A stretch of 54,865 nucleotides of DNA, counting the filler, from Candidatus Woesearchaeota archaeon (GTDB lineage Archaea; Nanobdellota; Nanobdellia; Woesearchaeales; BM511): the NCBI GenBank assembly GCA_023266675.1. It is 4 parts of 4 records of this genome, joined end to end, with 100 filler letters (N's around TTAATTAATTAA, not from the genome) between each part and the next. Parts side by side here need not be neighbours in the genome. Positions count along the whole stretch, not along the records: positions 17,346 to 34,261 come from JAHFPP010000026.1; 3 more parts are not named here. One strand, written 5' to 3'. A program made the position numbers and the translations under genes. The notes beneath the pieces are model-generated. The model worked only from the letters and a program-made list of their open reading frames with translations, made no database searches and was not told where the DNA came from. Positions 20,005 through 31,080 of the stretch are shown here, one piece after another (position 1 is the first letter of the stretch; the number at the start of each line of letters is the position of its first letter).

Positions 20005-21222
20005 TCATCCTCTCAAAGCATCTACAGGGTGCTCTTTTGCTGCACGCATGGCCGGAATTATTCCTGCGACTGCACCAATGAGGAAGCTTCCAAGTAGAGC
20101 TGATGTTATCAAAATAAAATTTATTCCAACGTCAGCAGTTGAGCCGACAAAACTGTTTATTCCTATTGTTCCGATGTATGCAATTAATGTCCCAACTACA
20201 ACACCTATTGCGCCGCCAATGAGTCCAAGGATTCCAGATTCAAAAAAGAATATGAAAAATATATCCTTGTTTTGTGCGCCAATGGCTTTCATTATCCCTA
20301 TTTGGGGTTTTCGTTCCATTACAGCTGTAAGCATTGTATTAACTATACCTATTGCGCCAACAATGATTGATATGCTTGCAATTAGTACAATGAATATCTG
20401 AACTCCTGTTAGTATAGAATTAACGCTTGAAAGTGCCGCCTGAGGAGTTTGAACACTAAAATCTTCATGTCCTTCTTTTACGTTTCTTGTTTTTCGCAGA
20501 AGTTTCTCAACCTCTTCTTTTCCTTGGTCTATCACTTCTTTGCTTTTTACCTTGACACCAATCATTGAAACAGTGTCCTTATTTCCTGTAACATCAATGA
20601 GTTCCTGGTCATTGATGAATGCTGCATTGTCAAAAATGAAGCTTCCTTTCTTTTTGAGTATGCCAATAACTTCAAATTGATAATCATCCATTGATATTCT
20701 GTCTCCAACAGAAATCTTCTTGTTAAACATGTTTTCGTCAAGTGCAAAATTGCTTCCTAAAACAACTTTGGTTGTGTCGCCATCTTTTAGAAGCCGTCCA
20801 TATTCTGCTTTAATATCCATTATCTCTTCGCCAAATTTTCTCTTATCTTTGTCAGGCATGCTTATAGCATAAACAATGCCACGATTTCTGTTATAATCAA
20901 CTTTTAGAACTGCAATGTTTCTTGGCACTGCAAAATCAACATATGTTATTTTTTCAATATCTTTTACATCATCACGCGTCAATGGTTTTGTGACACCAGT
21001 TCCCGGAGGGCCGACATTGCTAAGACCTCCTGCCTGAACTGTCAGAACTTCTGTTGAGGAGATTCCAAACTGTGAAGTTATCGCTGTTTTTAACCCGTTT
21101 CCAAGGCCAATAAGCGCAACAACTGTTGCTATGCCTATAAATATGCCAAGTAGTGTTAGCCAGCTTCTAAGCTTCTTACCTTTAAGGTTTACAAGCGCGA
21201 GTTTGAAATAGTCTAAAATCAT
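20005..21222 (-). CDS. MacB/FtsX-family ABC transporter permease
   Basis: RSWLTLLGIFIGI, AVMERKPQIGIMKAIGA and PVDALR. Confidence 0.92.
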   Translation of the reverse strand: MILDYFKLALVNLKGKKLRSWLTLLGIFIGIATVVALIGLGNGLKTAITSQFGISSTEVLTVQAGGLSNVGPPGTGVTKPLTRDDVKDIEKITYVDFAVPRNIAVLKVDYNRNRGIVYAISMPDKDKRKFGEEIMDIKAEYGRLLKDGDTTKVVLGSNFALDENMFNKKISVGDRISMDDYQFEVIGILKKKGSFIFDNAAFINDQELIDVTGNKDTVSMIGVKVKSKEVIDQGKEEVEKLLRKTRNVKEGHEDFSVQTPQAALSSVNSILTGVQIFIVLIASISIIVGAIGIVNTMLTAVMERKPQIGIMKAIGAQNKDIFFIFFFESGILGLIGGAIGVVVGTLIAYIGTIGINSFVGSTADVGINFILITSALLGSFLIGAVAGIIPAMRAAKEHPVDALRG

Positions 21223-21278
21223 TTTTGCTCCATTTAAAGTTTATAATTATATTAATTAAAAAAATAATAAAAAAGAAT

Positions 21279-22511
21279 TTATTTTCTCTTGTTCTTTCGC
21301 CTAAAATACCAGACAGTTGCAGCAATTACTATTACTCCTAATATTATTATCCATGTGCTTCCTGAGCTTTTTTGTCCGTTTTCCTTGCTTGAAAGAAGCG
21401 CCAATGTTATTGTCTGTGTAATCCTGTGGTCATTATTCAAAGAATCCTTGAAGTCAACAACAACAGGGATTTCAATTTTGTCTTTTTTTGCGCTTATCTT
21501 AAAATCGCCTGTCTTGTAGTCATCGCTGTCAACGCTTCCAATATAAACCTGGTCGTAAGGTGATAATAAGTCAAAATCCTGCGAGTTTTCAATCTTTAAG
21601 TTTGTGAACTGAATCTGACCAAATCCTTTGTTTATTATTTTAAAAACAACATTCCCAATTTTGTTTTCTGATGTAAGTGTTGTACTGTCAACTGTTATGT
21701 ATGCATCAATCTTTGGGTTGACAATCAATGTTATGAATTCAGTTTTTGTGTAATTCTGTCCGGAACCGTCATAAAATTCAAGCGATAAAGGGAGCTTGTA
21801 AATCCCGGGTTTAATCGTTGGGTAACTTTTTATGTTATATTCAATCTTTTCTTCCTGTCCGCTTCGTAGCACTGTTATTGTTTTCTTGCTTACAGAGTCT
21901 TCTACTGCAAAAGGAATATCAGTTACTGTTGTGCCTTGTATTGAATAAGTCCATAATTTTGATGTTATCTGTGACAATGTTGAGTCTTCTGTATTTTTCA
22001 GTGTTATGCTAATCTTTGCGCTGTCTCCGGGGTTTAATGAAGATGGCGTAACTTCAATATTTTTCAAAGTCAAATCTGAATTTAATGGTTTTACATTGAT
22101 GCTGAATTGTTTTTCAACTGAACTTGACGGCTTATCGCTTAAAACAAATTTTATTATATTCTCTCCAAGAACTGCTTTTTCGTCAACCCTTACTTTAAAA
22201 TCAACTATTGTTGTCTGACCTCCACCTATCTTGCCTAGATTAATTATTTTATCTTCAGCTTTATCAATGCTAAACGGATAGTTGTCCTTGAATTCAATAT
22301 TTGCGTCAGTAGTGGATATGCTACCTATATTTTCAATTTGTACATATACAGTAGTATATTCTCCTGCTTGAGCAGGAGCAGGGTCATATCTTAACAGTGT
22401 TGCTTTCAATGCAGGATTATCTGCTGCCAGCGTAATCTGTAAACTTATTATAATAATCAATATACTGCTTAATAATGTTCCAATTTTTTTTGTGTACTTC
22501 AAATTCTTCAC
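21279..22511 (-). CDS. COG1361-like S-layer domain protein
   Basis: Signal peptide, YDPAPAQAGE..V.V.IENIG Ig-like repeats, C-terminal TM with basic tail. Position inside an archaeal ABC operon is typical. Confidence 0.8.
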   Translation of the reverse strand: MKNLKYTKKIGTLLSSILIIIISLQITLAADNPALKATLLRYDPAPAQAGEYTTVYVQIENIGSISTTDANIEFKDNYPFSIDKAEDKIINLGKIGGGQTTIVDFKVRVDEKAVLGENIIKFVLSDKPSSSVEKQFSINVKPLNSDLTLKNIEVTPSSLNPGDSAKISITLKNTEDSTLSQITSKLWTYSIQGTTVTDIPFAVEDSVSKKTITVLRSGQEEKIEYNIKSYPTIKPGIYKLPLSLEFYDGSGQNYTKTEFITLIVNPKIDAYITVDSTTLTSENKIGNVVFKIINKGFGQIQFTNLKIENSQDFDLLSPYDQVYIGSVDSDDYKTGDFKISAKKDKIEIPVVVDFKDSLNNDHRITQTITLALLSSKENGQKSSGSTWIIILGVIVIAATVWYFRRKNKRK

Positions 22512-22583
22512 CTTTTAGTTTATTTTTTTTGTATATTAGTTAGCGACAACAGTTGCTAACTAATGTTTGAAAGACAAATTAAT

Positions 22584-23312
22584 TTATGTTCTGGTCTTGT
22601 CTTTCATTATTTTTCCGTCTTTTAAATATTCAACTCTGTCTGCTGTTTTTGCGACGTTCTCATCATGAGTAACAAGTATAATTGTTTTTTTTTCAGTTTC
22701 GTGAAGTTTTCTAAGGTAATCCATCACTATCTTACCTGTTTTTGTGTCAAGGTTACCTGTTGGTTCGTCTGCGAGTATAACTTCTGGGTCGTTTGCCAAA
22801 GCCCTTGCTATTGCAACTCTTTGCTGCTGTCCACCTGATAGTTCGCCTGGTGTATGGTCTCCTCTATCTTCAAGCTCTACAAGCTTTAACAGTTCAGTTG
22901 CTTTCTTTTCCCTCGCATCTTGAGATATCCCCTGAAAAGTCATTGGAAGCATAATATTTTCTTTAGCAGTTAGTGTTGGTATTAAATTAAATTTTTGAAA
23001 TATAAAACCAATTTTTTGCCCCCTTATCTGTGCAAGGTCTGACTCATGGAGTTTTGATATGTCCATCTCTTCAAGAAGTATCTTTCCTTTTGTCGGTACG
23101 TCAAGGCATCCAATCATATTCATGGATGTACTCTTGCCGGAGCCGGATGGCCCCATTACTGCCAAGAAATCTCCTCGTTTAACTTTTAATGTGAGTCCTG
23201 AAAGCGCGTTAACAACTGTGTCTCCAACATCATATGATTTCCAGACATCTTCAAGTTCAATTACGTATTCACTTAATTTTTTTTTATTTTTATCAGTTAT
23301 AATATAAACCAC
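22584..23312 (-). CDS. LolD/MacB-type ABC transporter ATP-binding protein
   Basis: [34 protein letters not shown] and VTHD. Confidence 0.95.
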   Translation of the reverse strand: MVYIITDKNKKKLSEYVIELEDVWKSYDVGDTVVNALSGLTLKVKRGDFLAVMGPSGSGKSTSMNMIGCLDVPTKGKILLEEMDISKLHESDLAQIRGQKIGFIFQKFNLIPTLTAKENIMLPMTFQGISQDAREKKATELLKLVELEDRGDHTPGELSGGQQQRVAIARALANDPEVILADEPTGNLDTKTGKIVMDYLRKLHETEKKTIILVTHDENVAKTADRVEYLKDGKIMKDKTRT

Positions 23313-23374
23313 TTCCCTCTATATTACTCTCTTTCTTAGTATTTAAAACTTTGCTTAAAATAAATTTGTAGATA

Positions 23375-26300
23375 CTATCCGGTTGCTGTTGTTACCCATG
23401 TTTGTATTTGTGTGTATGTGCCGGATGGCATGCCTGTTGGCACGCTTGGCATACAATAGTATATGCTTTGGTTGTTTATAGTTTCTGTAGTGTAAGTTGT
23501 TTTTTGAATGCTTGCACCAATTATATTTACATCTGTGTTGTTTAAGAGTCTTGTTCCTGTAATGTTACTTATTAGATAACTTGTCTGATTGTAATAAACT
23601 TTGATTGTAACGTAATCAAAATAAGCTTTTTCATAAGATGCGTTAACTGAGATTGCTACACCAAAATTTGCGTTATTAATATCTGATGGAGTCCAGTTTT
23701 CTCCCCATAACTCTGTTGAGTTTCCATAAGTGAAGTTTTCATCATTAACACTCCAACTGGTTGAATTGGCTTTATTTGTACTTCCGATTGTGCCGTTGCT
23801 TTTTACAATGCTGATTCTGTTATCTTTAACATCAGGGGTTATATAACGGATAATAACAATACCTGAGCCACCAGCACCATTTCTTGGGTTAGAGCCTGAG
23901 TCTGCAGCTCCTCCGCCTCCTCCAGTATTTGGTGTTCCTGCTGTACCATAATAAAACCCTATTCCTCCACCACCAAGTCCGCCTACGCCATTATCTCCAT
24001 TTCGTGTTGTAGCACCTCCTCCTCCTGCATAATAAACTGAAGTTCCATTAATTGAAGAGATAGAACCATTACCTCCATCCCCTCCTTTAATTGGTGTGTC
24101 TCCGTGTCCATTTACTCCCGGCCCTCCTGCACCTCCACCACCACCGCCGGCGCCATCTGCACCTGTTGTAGCATATCCACTACCTCCATTATATCCTTGT
24201 CCTGAAGTTCCATTTGCGCCAGGATAGGGTGTTCCAGGTGTTCCACCATAGAAACTAGAGCCACCACCTGATCCTCCATTTAAAGGAGGTTCACCATTAG
24301 TTCCTCCGCCTCCTCCGCCTCCTCCTGTTGCAATTATTGAGCCAAAGATAGAAGATGAACCATTCTCTCCATTTCCATCTACGCCAACACCTGGAGGCGC
24401 TCCGCCATTTCCGACAGTAATAGTTATAGAAGAACCTGAAATAACAACATATCCTGTGCCATTTCTAAATCCACCCGCTCCTCCGCCTCCTCCACCATAT
24501 GCTCCACCGCCTCCGCCTCCTCCAACTACTAAATATTCTACTGTACCATTAAAGCTTGGCGTAAATGTACCGTTGCCCTTAAATGTGTGCACGGTGTAAT
24601 TTATTCCATTAACAAGAATTGTAGTTATGTTTCCGCCAGTTGAGTTATTATTGCTTTCTTTTTTGTGTTCGGTTAAAACTTCTATTCCGGTGATGTTTGC
24701 ATTTGTTGGTATGCTAAATCCGTATCCTTGTGTTTTTAGATAATTTGTAGAGTTTGAACCGCTAGGGGTTGCAGTTGCGTAGATGTTGTCATTTACAGAG
24801 GCGTTACTTGTATTTGTCCATGCGGTGTCTCCAATAAAATTATCATTTGTTATATTGGTTGAGGTTCCATATCCTGTGGTGTAACTGATTGTCTGTGTCT
24901 GATTTGAAGACAAGTTTGGTAAGCACGCAGTGCTGCTTTGACTACTTGCGGAAAAGTTGCTTGCTGTTATTACAAATTCAGGGCCAAGTAAGTCGTATGC
25001 TTTTATTGTGATATTGTTTATGTTTATGTTGCCAACATTTGAGATATTAATTGGCGCGTTCGCTGTTTTATTAAACTGTCCAGAGGCTACTCCTGTCCAA
25101 GTCAGTGTTTCCTGTGATAATATTATATTTATTCCTGATGTGATATATGCGTGTGCGGTAGTGTTAGTTGTCTGTCTGCCTCCATTATCTGATATCGAAG
25201 CGTTTATCATCCAATTTCCTGATGAATCATAATATTTCATGTTCACAGTACACGTATAGTTTGCTTTAGTTGATGTCATGCTTGCTATCCTTGTACAGCT
25301 TGCTGTTCTGTTAGCTTCACCGCTTAAATTCAAAATCACGCTTGCTGTTGCGTCGTTTAAATCTGAAACGCCATCAACATCATTTGCTTCAAAGTAAATT
25401 TCTATCGGAGTTGTTGCAGTTGGTCCAGCATTCAAAGTCCATACAGAGTATGTGCTGTTGACAAAAGTTATTATTGGAGAGTTTTGTCCGATGAAATTGA
25501 AGTATACACTGCTTGAAGCTGTCAAATTAACTTGTTTAGACAGATTAGAGTAAGAAGCATTGTAAGTTGCGTTAATTGTATAATTAGTTGAAAAAGTTTT
25601 CCCATTAGCATCCTGCACGTACTCGGTTAGTGTCTGAGTTGTTATCCAACCAGATGTCGTGTTTTTAGTAAAAACTAAAGAGTTAGAATTATTGTATGCA
25701 GTGATAACGGCGTTTGTTAAAGCACCAATTGAATCATTTACAAAAACATCCAAATACCATTGTACTAACAAGTTACTCGTGCTTGTATCAAAGAAAACGT
25801 TATTTTTATTGAAAGATGTATTTATTGCATAATTGTTAGTTGAATCGCTTGTCAAGTTGAAATCTGATGTTGAGCCTGAAATAATAGAGTTTGTAAATGT
25901 GTTATTGTTGCTTCCTAAATAACTGGTCTGATTATAATAAACTTTAATTGTCATAATATCAATATAAGCTGTTGCGTACGATGCGTTAACTGAGATTGCT
26001 ACACCAAAATTTGCGTTATTAATATCTGGTGCTGTCCAGTTCTCCCCCCACAAATCAAAAGACGAACCATAAGTAAAATTCTCATCACTAACACTCCAGC
26101 TAGTTGAGTTTGCTCTGTTAGTAGAACCGATCGTACCATTGCTCTTGACAATACTAATTTTATAATCAGTAACATTAGGAGTTAAGTAACGAATGATAAC
26201 AATACCTGAACCGCCATTACCTCCGTGTGTACCTCCACCCCCACCAGTGTTAGCTGTCCCGCTAGTAGCATATCCGCCGCCTCCTCCAGAACCACCCACA

Positions 26301-27961
26301 CCATTAGATTCTCCTCCACCACCCCCTCCGCCACCTGCGCGAGTTATCGATGAACCAGTGATTGAACTAGTTAATCCGTTACCACCTGTGCCCCCTATAC
26401 CATAAGTTCCACTACTTCCTGCACCAGCAACAGAACCAGCTCCTCCACCTCCTCCTGACCACCAATAAATTGGATTAGGGTCATCATCAAAACGATATCC
26501 TATTCCTCCATTATTTCCCTGACCTGCAGGTGAAGCTGTACCTCCATTATCATTAGTATTAACATCTGGATTTGCTCCAGCACCTCCGCCTGACCCACCA
26601 TTGAGTCCTTGGTTTAATGTCACACGAGCACCTCCACCCCCACCTCCTGTTGAGGTGATAGAAGAAAATGTAGAATCATATCCATTTAGTCCTCTAGCGG
26701 AATCTCCTGAACCAGCAGCTCCGCCATTACCCACAATTATTGAATATGATTGTGCTGTTACATTAAATCCTGTTCCATTTTTATATCCTCCTGCACCGCC
26801 ACCGCCGCCACCATTAACACCACCAGAACCAGAACCGCCACCTCCAGCAATAACTAAATATTCGACTGTTTCATTATTTGTACAATTGAAGGTTCCATTT
26901 ATGGTAAATGTATGAATAGTGTAACCACCTGAATAAGTAATATTTCCTCCTGTGCATTCTGAATCTTTTTTATGTTCAACTGTTGCTTCTATTCCTGTGA
27001 TATTCACTCCGGTTGGTATATTAAATCCGTATTTTTGAGCTTTCAAGTAATATGTTAGATTACTTCCTGATGGTGTTGCTGTTGCGTAGATGTTGTCATT
27101 TGTTGACGCGTTGGTTGTATTAATCCACATGGTGTTTCCAACGCTTGAATCATTTGTTAAGTTTGAAGAAGTTCCTAACCCTGTGTTTTTATTTTGGGTT
27201 GTTTGTGATTGTGATTGAAATAAAACCGCGTTTGCTTGAGAAGTGATTCTTGTGCTTGTAATTGTATTGTTGTTTGAATCTTTTAAATCCACTCCTGTGC
27301 TGACAGTTGTGATATTGTTTTGAAGTAAGGTCATATAATTTGAGGATAATAAGTACACCCCATAAGCTGTATTTGCATATATGTTATTTTGTGTTAAATT
27401 ATTATAGTTAGAAACATTAGAATACACACCTGTATAAAATCCTGATATATTAAAGCAGTTTTTAACTGTATTACTATTTGAACCTGAACCTGCGCTTGAG
27501 AACAGGATTCCATAATCTGTTCCTGTATCATCACCATTTATTGTGTTTCCTATGCAGTTAAAAATAATGTTGTCTTTGCCGCCAAAATCTATGCATGTGC
27601 CTGTCTGCCCGATGATGCTTGTTGTTAAGTTAACAGTTTCTCCGCTGTTGGCATTATTAATTTCTGAATTGCAGTCAGAGCAGCTAATGCATAGATGGTC
27701 ATACGAACTAGTAGTACTTGTACTGCTTCCACCGCCGTAGAAGAATCCAAGTTTAGTCTCATAATTCTGGCTTCCAGTTACGCCGCTAATCGTCCCAACA
27801 ATCACAGTACTCGAATAATTGCCTGAGCTCATAACGCCGCCTCCACTGGAAATAACATAAGAATCCATAGCATAATTAGTGCTGCTAATTGCAAAAACAC
27901 TTATTGCACAAACTAGAAGAATTAAAATTACAAGCAAATGTTTTCTAACCCAAAACCCCAT
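23375..27961 (-). CDS. Large secreted surface protein with a beta-helix (NosD-like) region and two Gly-rich modules
   Basis: Signal peptide, many N-x-S/T sequons, NxIxxN repeats, and two VEYLV.(A/G)GGG...GGSGIVIIRY domains. Confidence 0.85.
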   Translation of the reverse strand: MGFWVRKHLLVILILLVCAISVFAISSTNYAMDSYVISSGGGVMSSGNYSSTVIVGTISGVTGSQNYETKLGFFYGGGSSTSTTSSYDHLCISCSDCNSEINNANSGETVNLTTSIIGQTGTCIDFGGKDNIIFNCIGNTINGDDTGTDYGILFSSAGSGSNSNTVKNCFNISGFYTGVYSNVSNYNNLTQNNIYANTAYGVYLLSSNYMTLLQNNITTVSTGVDLKDSNNNTITSTRITSQANAVLFQSQSQTTQNKNTGLGTSSNLTNDSSVGNTMWINTTNASTNDNIYATATPSGSNLTYYLKAQKYGFNIPTGVNITGIEATVEHKKDSECTGGNITYSGGYTIHTFTINGTFNCTNNETVEYLVIAGGGGSGSGGVNGGGGGGAGGYKNGTGFNVTAQSYSIIVGNGGAAGSGDSARGLNGYDSTFSSITSTGGGGGGARVTLNQGLNGGSGGGAGANPDVNTNDNGGTASPAGQGNNGGIGYRFDDDPNPIYWWSGGGGGAGSVAGAGSSGTYGIGGTGGNGLTSSITGSSITRAGGGGGGGGESNGVGGSGGGGGYATSGTANTGGGGGTHGGNGGSGIVIIRYLTPNVTDYKISIVKSNGTIGSTNRANSTSWSVSDENFTYGSSFDLWGENWTAPDINNANFGVAISVNASYATAYIDIMTIKVYYNQTSYLGSNNNTFTNSIISGSTSDFNLTSDSTNNYAINTSFNKNNVFFDTSTSNLLVQWYLDVFVNDSIGALTNAVITAYNNSNSLVFTKNTTSGWITTQTLTEYVQDANGKTFSTNYTINATYNASYSNLSKQVNLTASSSVYFNFIGQNSPIITFVNSTYSVWTLNAGPTATTPIEIYFEANDVDGVSDLNDATASVILNLSGEANRTASCTRIASMTSTKANYTCTVNMKYYDSSGNWMINASISDNGGRQTTNTTAHAYITSGINIILSQETLTWTGVASGQFNKTANAPINISNVGNININNITIKAYDLLGPEFVITASNFSASSQSSTACLPNLSSNQTQTISYTTGYGTSTNITNDNFIGDTAWTNTSNASVNDNIYATATPSGSNSTNYLKTQGYGFSIPTNANITGIEVLTEHKKESNNNSTGGNITTILVNGINYTVHTFKGNGTFTPSFNGTVEYLVVGGGGGGGAYGGGGGGAGGFRNGTGYVVISGSSITITVGNGGAPPGVGVDGNGENGSSSIFGSIIATGGGGGGGGTNGEPPLNGGSGGGSSFYGGTPGTPYPGANGTSGQGYNGGSGYATTGADGAGGGGGGAGGPGVNGHGDTPIKGGDGGNGSISSINGTSVYYAGGGGATTRNGDNGVGGLGGGGIGFYYGTAGTPNTGGGGGAADSGSNPRNGAGGSGIVIIRYITPDVKDNRISIVKSNGTIGSTNKANSTSWSVNDENFTYGNSTELWGENWTPSDINNANFGVAISVNASYEKAYFDYVTIKVYYNQTSYLISNITGTRLLNNTDVNIIGASIQKTTYTTETINNQSIYYCMPSVPTGMPSGTYTQIQTWVTTATG

Positions 27962-28056
27962 AATAATATAACTTAAAAACTTTTATTTAAATAACTTTCC
28001 TGTTTTTATGCATATTAAAACCTTACTTATATAAATCTGGATAATTTTCTATAATT

Positions 28057-28719
28057 ATGAAGCGAATAATGTTTTGTCCATCTTGCGGAGATTCAATTGA
28101 AGAGAATCAGGAGTTTTGCAGAAATTGCATGCCTGATCAGGATTTAGAGTTCAAGGATATAGGGTTTGACTTATGCGAAAAATGTGGAAAATACAATTTT
28201 AGAAATAAATGGAGAATATCTAATGGGGCAAAACAGGCAATAAGTGAGATTGTCAAGGAAAGCACAAAATCAAAACTTGACAGAATCGCTCCAAAAATAC
28301 CAAACGTTACAATGAAGGCCGGCGTAAATGTTGATTTTAAGGTGATGGTCACTTCAAATTTTCAGGAATATGAGATTAAAGGAAGGTTTTTGATGACTAT
28401 ATGTCCTAAGTGCTCCAAAGATAACACAACATATTTTGAAGGGATACTTCAGTTGCGAAATCCTACGGATGAAGTCAAAGCTTACATTAAAAAAATGCTT
28501 AATGAAGGCAAAGCGAGAGGAGTTTATGCCACAAGCATAAAAGAAGTCACTAATGGGCTTGATTATTATATCACTAATAAAAGCTATTTAAGAAAGATTG
28601 GTAAAGAGCTTAAAAAAAGGTTTGACGGAGATTTCAATGAAAGCGCACAGCTCTTCTCAAGAAACCACCAGACAAGCAAGGATATTTACAGGATAAATCT
28701 TCTTTTTAGATGCAAATAA
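28057..28719 (+). CDS. NMD3-family protein
   Basis: Four CxxC pairs and YFEGILQLR. Confidence 0.88.
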   Translation: MKRIMFCPSCGDSIEENQEFCRNCMPDQDLEFKDIGFDLCEKCGKYNFRNKWRISNGAKQAISEIVKESTKSKLDRIAPKIPNVTMKAGVNVDFKVMVTSNFQEYEIKGRFLMTICPKCSKDNTTYFEGILQLRNPTDEVKAYIKKMLNEGKARGVYATSIKEVTNGLDYYITNKSYLRKIGKELKKRFDGDFNESAQLFSRNHQTSKDIYRINLLFRCK

Positions 28720-28740
28720 TCATATTAAACTATAATCAAT

Positions 28741-29310
28741 CTATAATAATATTCTGCTCTCTCTTAAACATTTTACCTCAAAAGAGTGTTTTGAAGGATC
28801 AGTTCTGTCATTTTCATAGAATAATATGCAGTCTGCAACACTTTGGTCTTTTGTGTGCATCCTAACCTTCTTACTATCAACTTTAACTTCATAAAATCTC
28901 AAACCTTCTTTTCTTCCGGATTCTCCATTCCACGGTCTAAATGAGGAGGCTAAATATCTTTCTGGAGAGATGTATTCATCCCCTAAAATCTTATTTACAA
29001 TTAATTTTCCATACAGCGAATTGCCTTCTCTATTAACTCTCAATTCCCCTTCAGCATTTACACCTAGCCAGAATGTCGGTTTGCCATCAGACTCCGCTAC
29101 CCATTTATCAGCTGGTTTGGAACCAATATAATCTTTTGAAGGTTTATAACTTAAATTATCTAATTTGAAACATAAACTTTTCCCAACACACAGTGCTGCA
29201 ATCTCTTCAAGTGAAAGAACTCCTTTGTAATCTCGCGGGAACATAAGTTCGCTAGGTTGCTCTGAATCTCTCATATGTTCTACATCAGTTAAGATAGTCA
29301 TTTTTATCAC
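28741..29310 (-). CDS. Hypothetical protein, paralog of the neighbouring gene
   Basis: Shares DNLSY.P, VN..G.L, SPE.YL...RP and CLRESR with 29315-29863. Confidence 0.75.
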   Translation of the reverse strand: MIKMTILTDVEHMRDSEQPSELMFPRDYKGVLSLEEIAALCVGKSLCFKLDNLSYKPSKDYIGSKPADKWVAESDGKPTFWLGVNAEGELRVNREGNSLYGKLIVNKILGDEYISPERYLASSFRPWNGESGRKEGLRFYEVKVDSKKVRMHTKDQSVADCILFYENDRTDPSKHSFEVKCLRESRILL

Positions 29311-29314
29311 TTTT

Positions 29315-29863
29315 TCATAGACTTCTGCTTTCTCTTAGGCAATGGACTGACATTGATGCACTTTCAGTTCCATAATCAACATTTCCATAAAAACTAATTA
29401 CTTTTGTTGGTATCCTATTCTGACCTAAATTCATATCTCTGACGGCCGCGTTTCGAATAGTTATTCTTTCATTTCCTACACCATAATTAAATGGTCGTAA
29501 GTTAGAGAATAGGTAATGCTCTGGCGATGTGCCTCTTTTCCCAATTATTTTGGTTATATCAACATTACCTTCAAGCAGAGTTGGTTTAAAATAATCCATA
29601 TTCAATGTTAATTTTCCTTGCACATTAACATGATCCCAAATCTCGTTTCTCCCTATGTATCTTTCAAGTAATTTTGCAGCTTTTTCATGATTATCTGGAG
29701 GAGTGTAACTAAGGTTATCAACGATGAATTCCAGTTTTCTTCCTTTTTCAAGTGTCTTAATCTCATTATGTGAAAGAAGTGTATAGTAATCAAACGGGAA
29801 AACCAATACTTCGGGTTGTTTTACAATTGCAATAGTATTCATTTTAGTTTGAAATTCAATCAC
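29315..29863 (-). CDS. Hypothetical protein, paralog of the neighbouring gene
   Basis: Same shared motifs. Start codon uncertain. Confidence 0.75.
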   Translation of the reverse strand: MIEFQTKMNTIAIVKQPEVLVFPFDYYTLLSHNEIKTLEKGRKLEFIVDNLSYTPPDNHEKAAKLLERYIGRNEIWDHVNVQGKLTLNMDYFKPTLLEGNVDITKIIGKRGTSPEHYLFSNLRPFNYGVGNERITIRNAAVRDMNLGQNRIPTKVISFYGNVDYGTESASMSVHCLRESRSL

Positions 29864-29937
29864 TATTTATTAAGCTTTTCTTTGTAACTACTATTTAGGA
29901 GAAAAGTATATAAATGACTGATAAATGTTAGCGTTTA

Positions 29938-31080
29938 ATGGCGAAAAGAAAACATAATGAATTTATAACTCCACGTCAATATGTCCGCGATAGAGATGAG
30001 CAGATTAGAAGCGATAGGGGTTGGCTTTTAATACTTGATAATGATGATTTTAATGGTGTAGACAGTCTTGCAAAGAGAGTTGTTAAAGAATATGAATCTC
30101 TTTTAGAAACAAATGGTGAACATATTTTAAATGTTCCTTTCATTGATTATTCTTTGGATTCATTTGGTGAGAAAGGACCATTAGTCAGAACTTTTGAAGA
30201 CAGCGAAACTTGTCCAAGAATACCAACGCACATAGCTGGTTCTGATGCTTATTTGTTTGCATCGTCTCATGAATTTATTACTGACAGAACTGTAAATGAT
30301 AATATTTACAGATTATTTCAGACAGTTAGAACGTTAAAATCCCATGGAGCAAACAACATAACCGTTGTTTCACCATACCTCCCTTATGCAAGACAAGATA
30401 AACCTTCTTTTAGTAAACGAGAATGCACAGGCGCAAAACTATTTGCAGATCTTCTTTACGGCTCAGGCGCAAACGGAATACTTTTTTACGACCCCCACAA
30501 CGAAACATTAAGGGGATTTTTTGAACCTAATATAAGAGTAACAACCTTATCTGGTCTTGATCTCTTTGTTGATATATACTCACGATTTAAAAAGAACTTA
30601 GAAACCGTATGTGTTTCTACAGATGCAGGAGGATCAAAACCAATAATAAGAATGGCAGGATTATTGGAATTAGCCTATGCGATAGGGAATAAATATAGAC
30701 CAGAACAGGAAAAAGTAGAAAAAATTGGAATAATAGGTGAAGTAAAAGGTAAAAAAACTGCTTTACTAAGCGATGATGAGACAGTTACATTCAAATCCTT
30801 ATTAGGTATTGCAAGCGGACTAAAAGAGGATTATGGAGTAAAAGAAACTTATGTGGCATTATCTCATATGAAATTAACAAGAAAAAATATTTCCAGAATG
30901 ATAGACGCTCACGAGAATTATGGAGTAAAAGAAGTACATATTACTGACAGTATCCCTCAATCAAACGAACTTCTCAGCTTGGATTTTGTTAAAGTTCATC
31001 CACTTGCAGAACGAGTAATGTATACTATTAATAGACTTCATTATGATAGATCAATAACTGCATTATACCACCGAATCTAA
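29938..31080 (+). CDS. prs: Ribose-phosphate pyrophosphokinase (divergent)
   Basis: F.D.E, PYLPYARQDK, DPH, DAGG, DDE PRPP loop and ITDSIP. Confidence 0.88.
   Translation: MAKRKHNEFITPRQYVRDRDEQIRSDRGWLLILDNDDFNGVDSLAKRVVKEYESLLETNGEHILNVPFIDYSLDSFGEKGPLVRTFEDSETCPRIPTHIAGSDAYLFASSHEFITDRTVNDNIYRLFQTVRTLKSHGANNITVVSPYLPYARQDKPSFSKRECTGAKLFADLLYGSGANGILFYDPHNETLRGFFEPNIRVTTLSGLDLFVDIYSRFKKNLETVCVSTDAGGSKPIIRMAGLLELAYAIGNKYRPEQEKVEKIGIIGEVKGKKTALLSDDETVTFKSLLGIASGLKEDYGVKETYVALSHMKLTRKNISRMIDAHENYGVKEVHITDSIPQSNELLSLDFVKVHPLAERVMYTINRLHYDRSITALYHRI

Noticed and set aside
23573..27190. Duplicated modules as a DGR template/variable repeat pair
   Set aside because: Both copies are in-frame coding, the differences are not adenine-specific, and there is no reverse transcriptase in the window.
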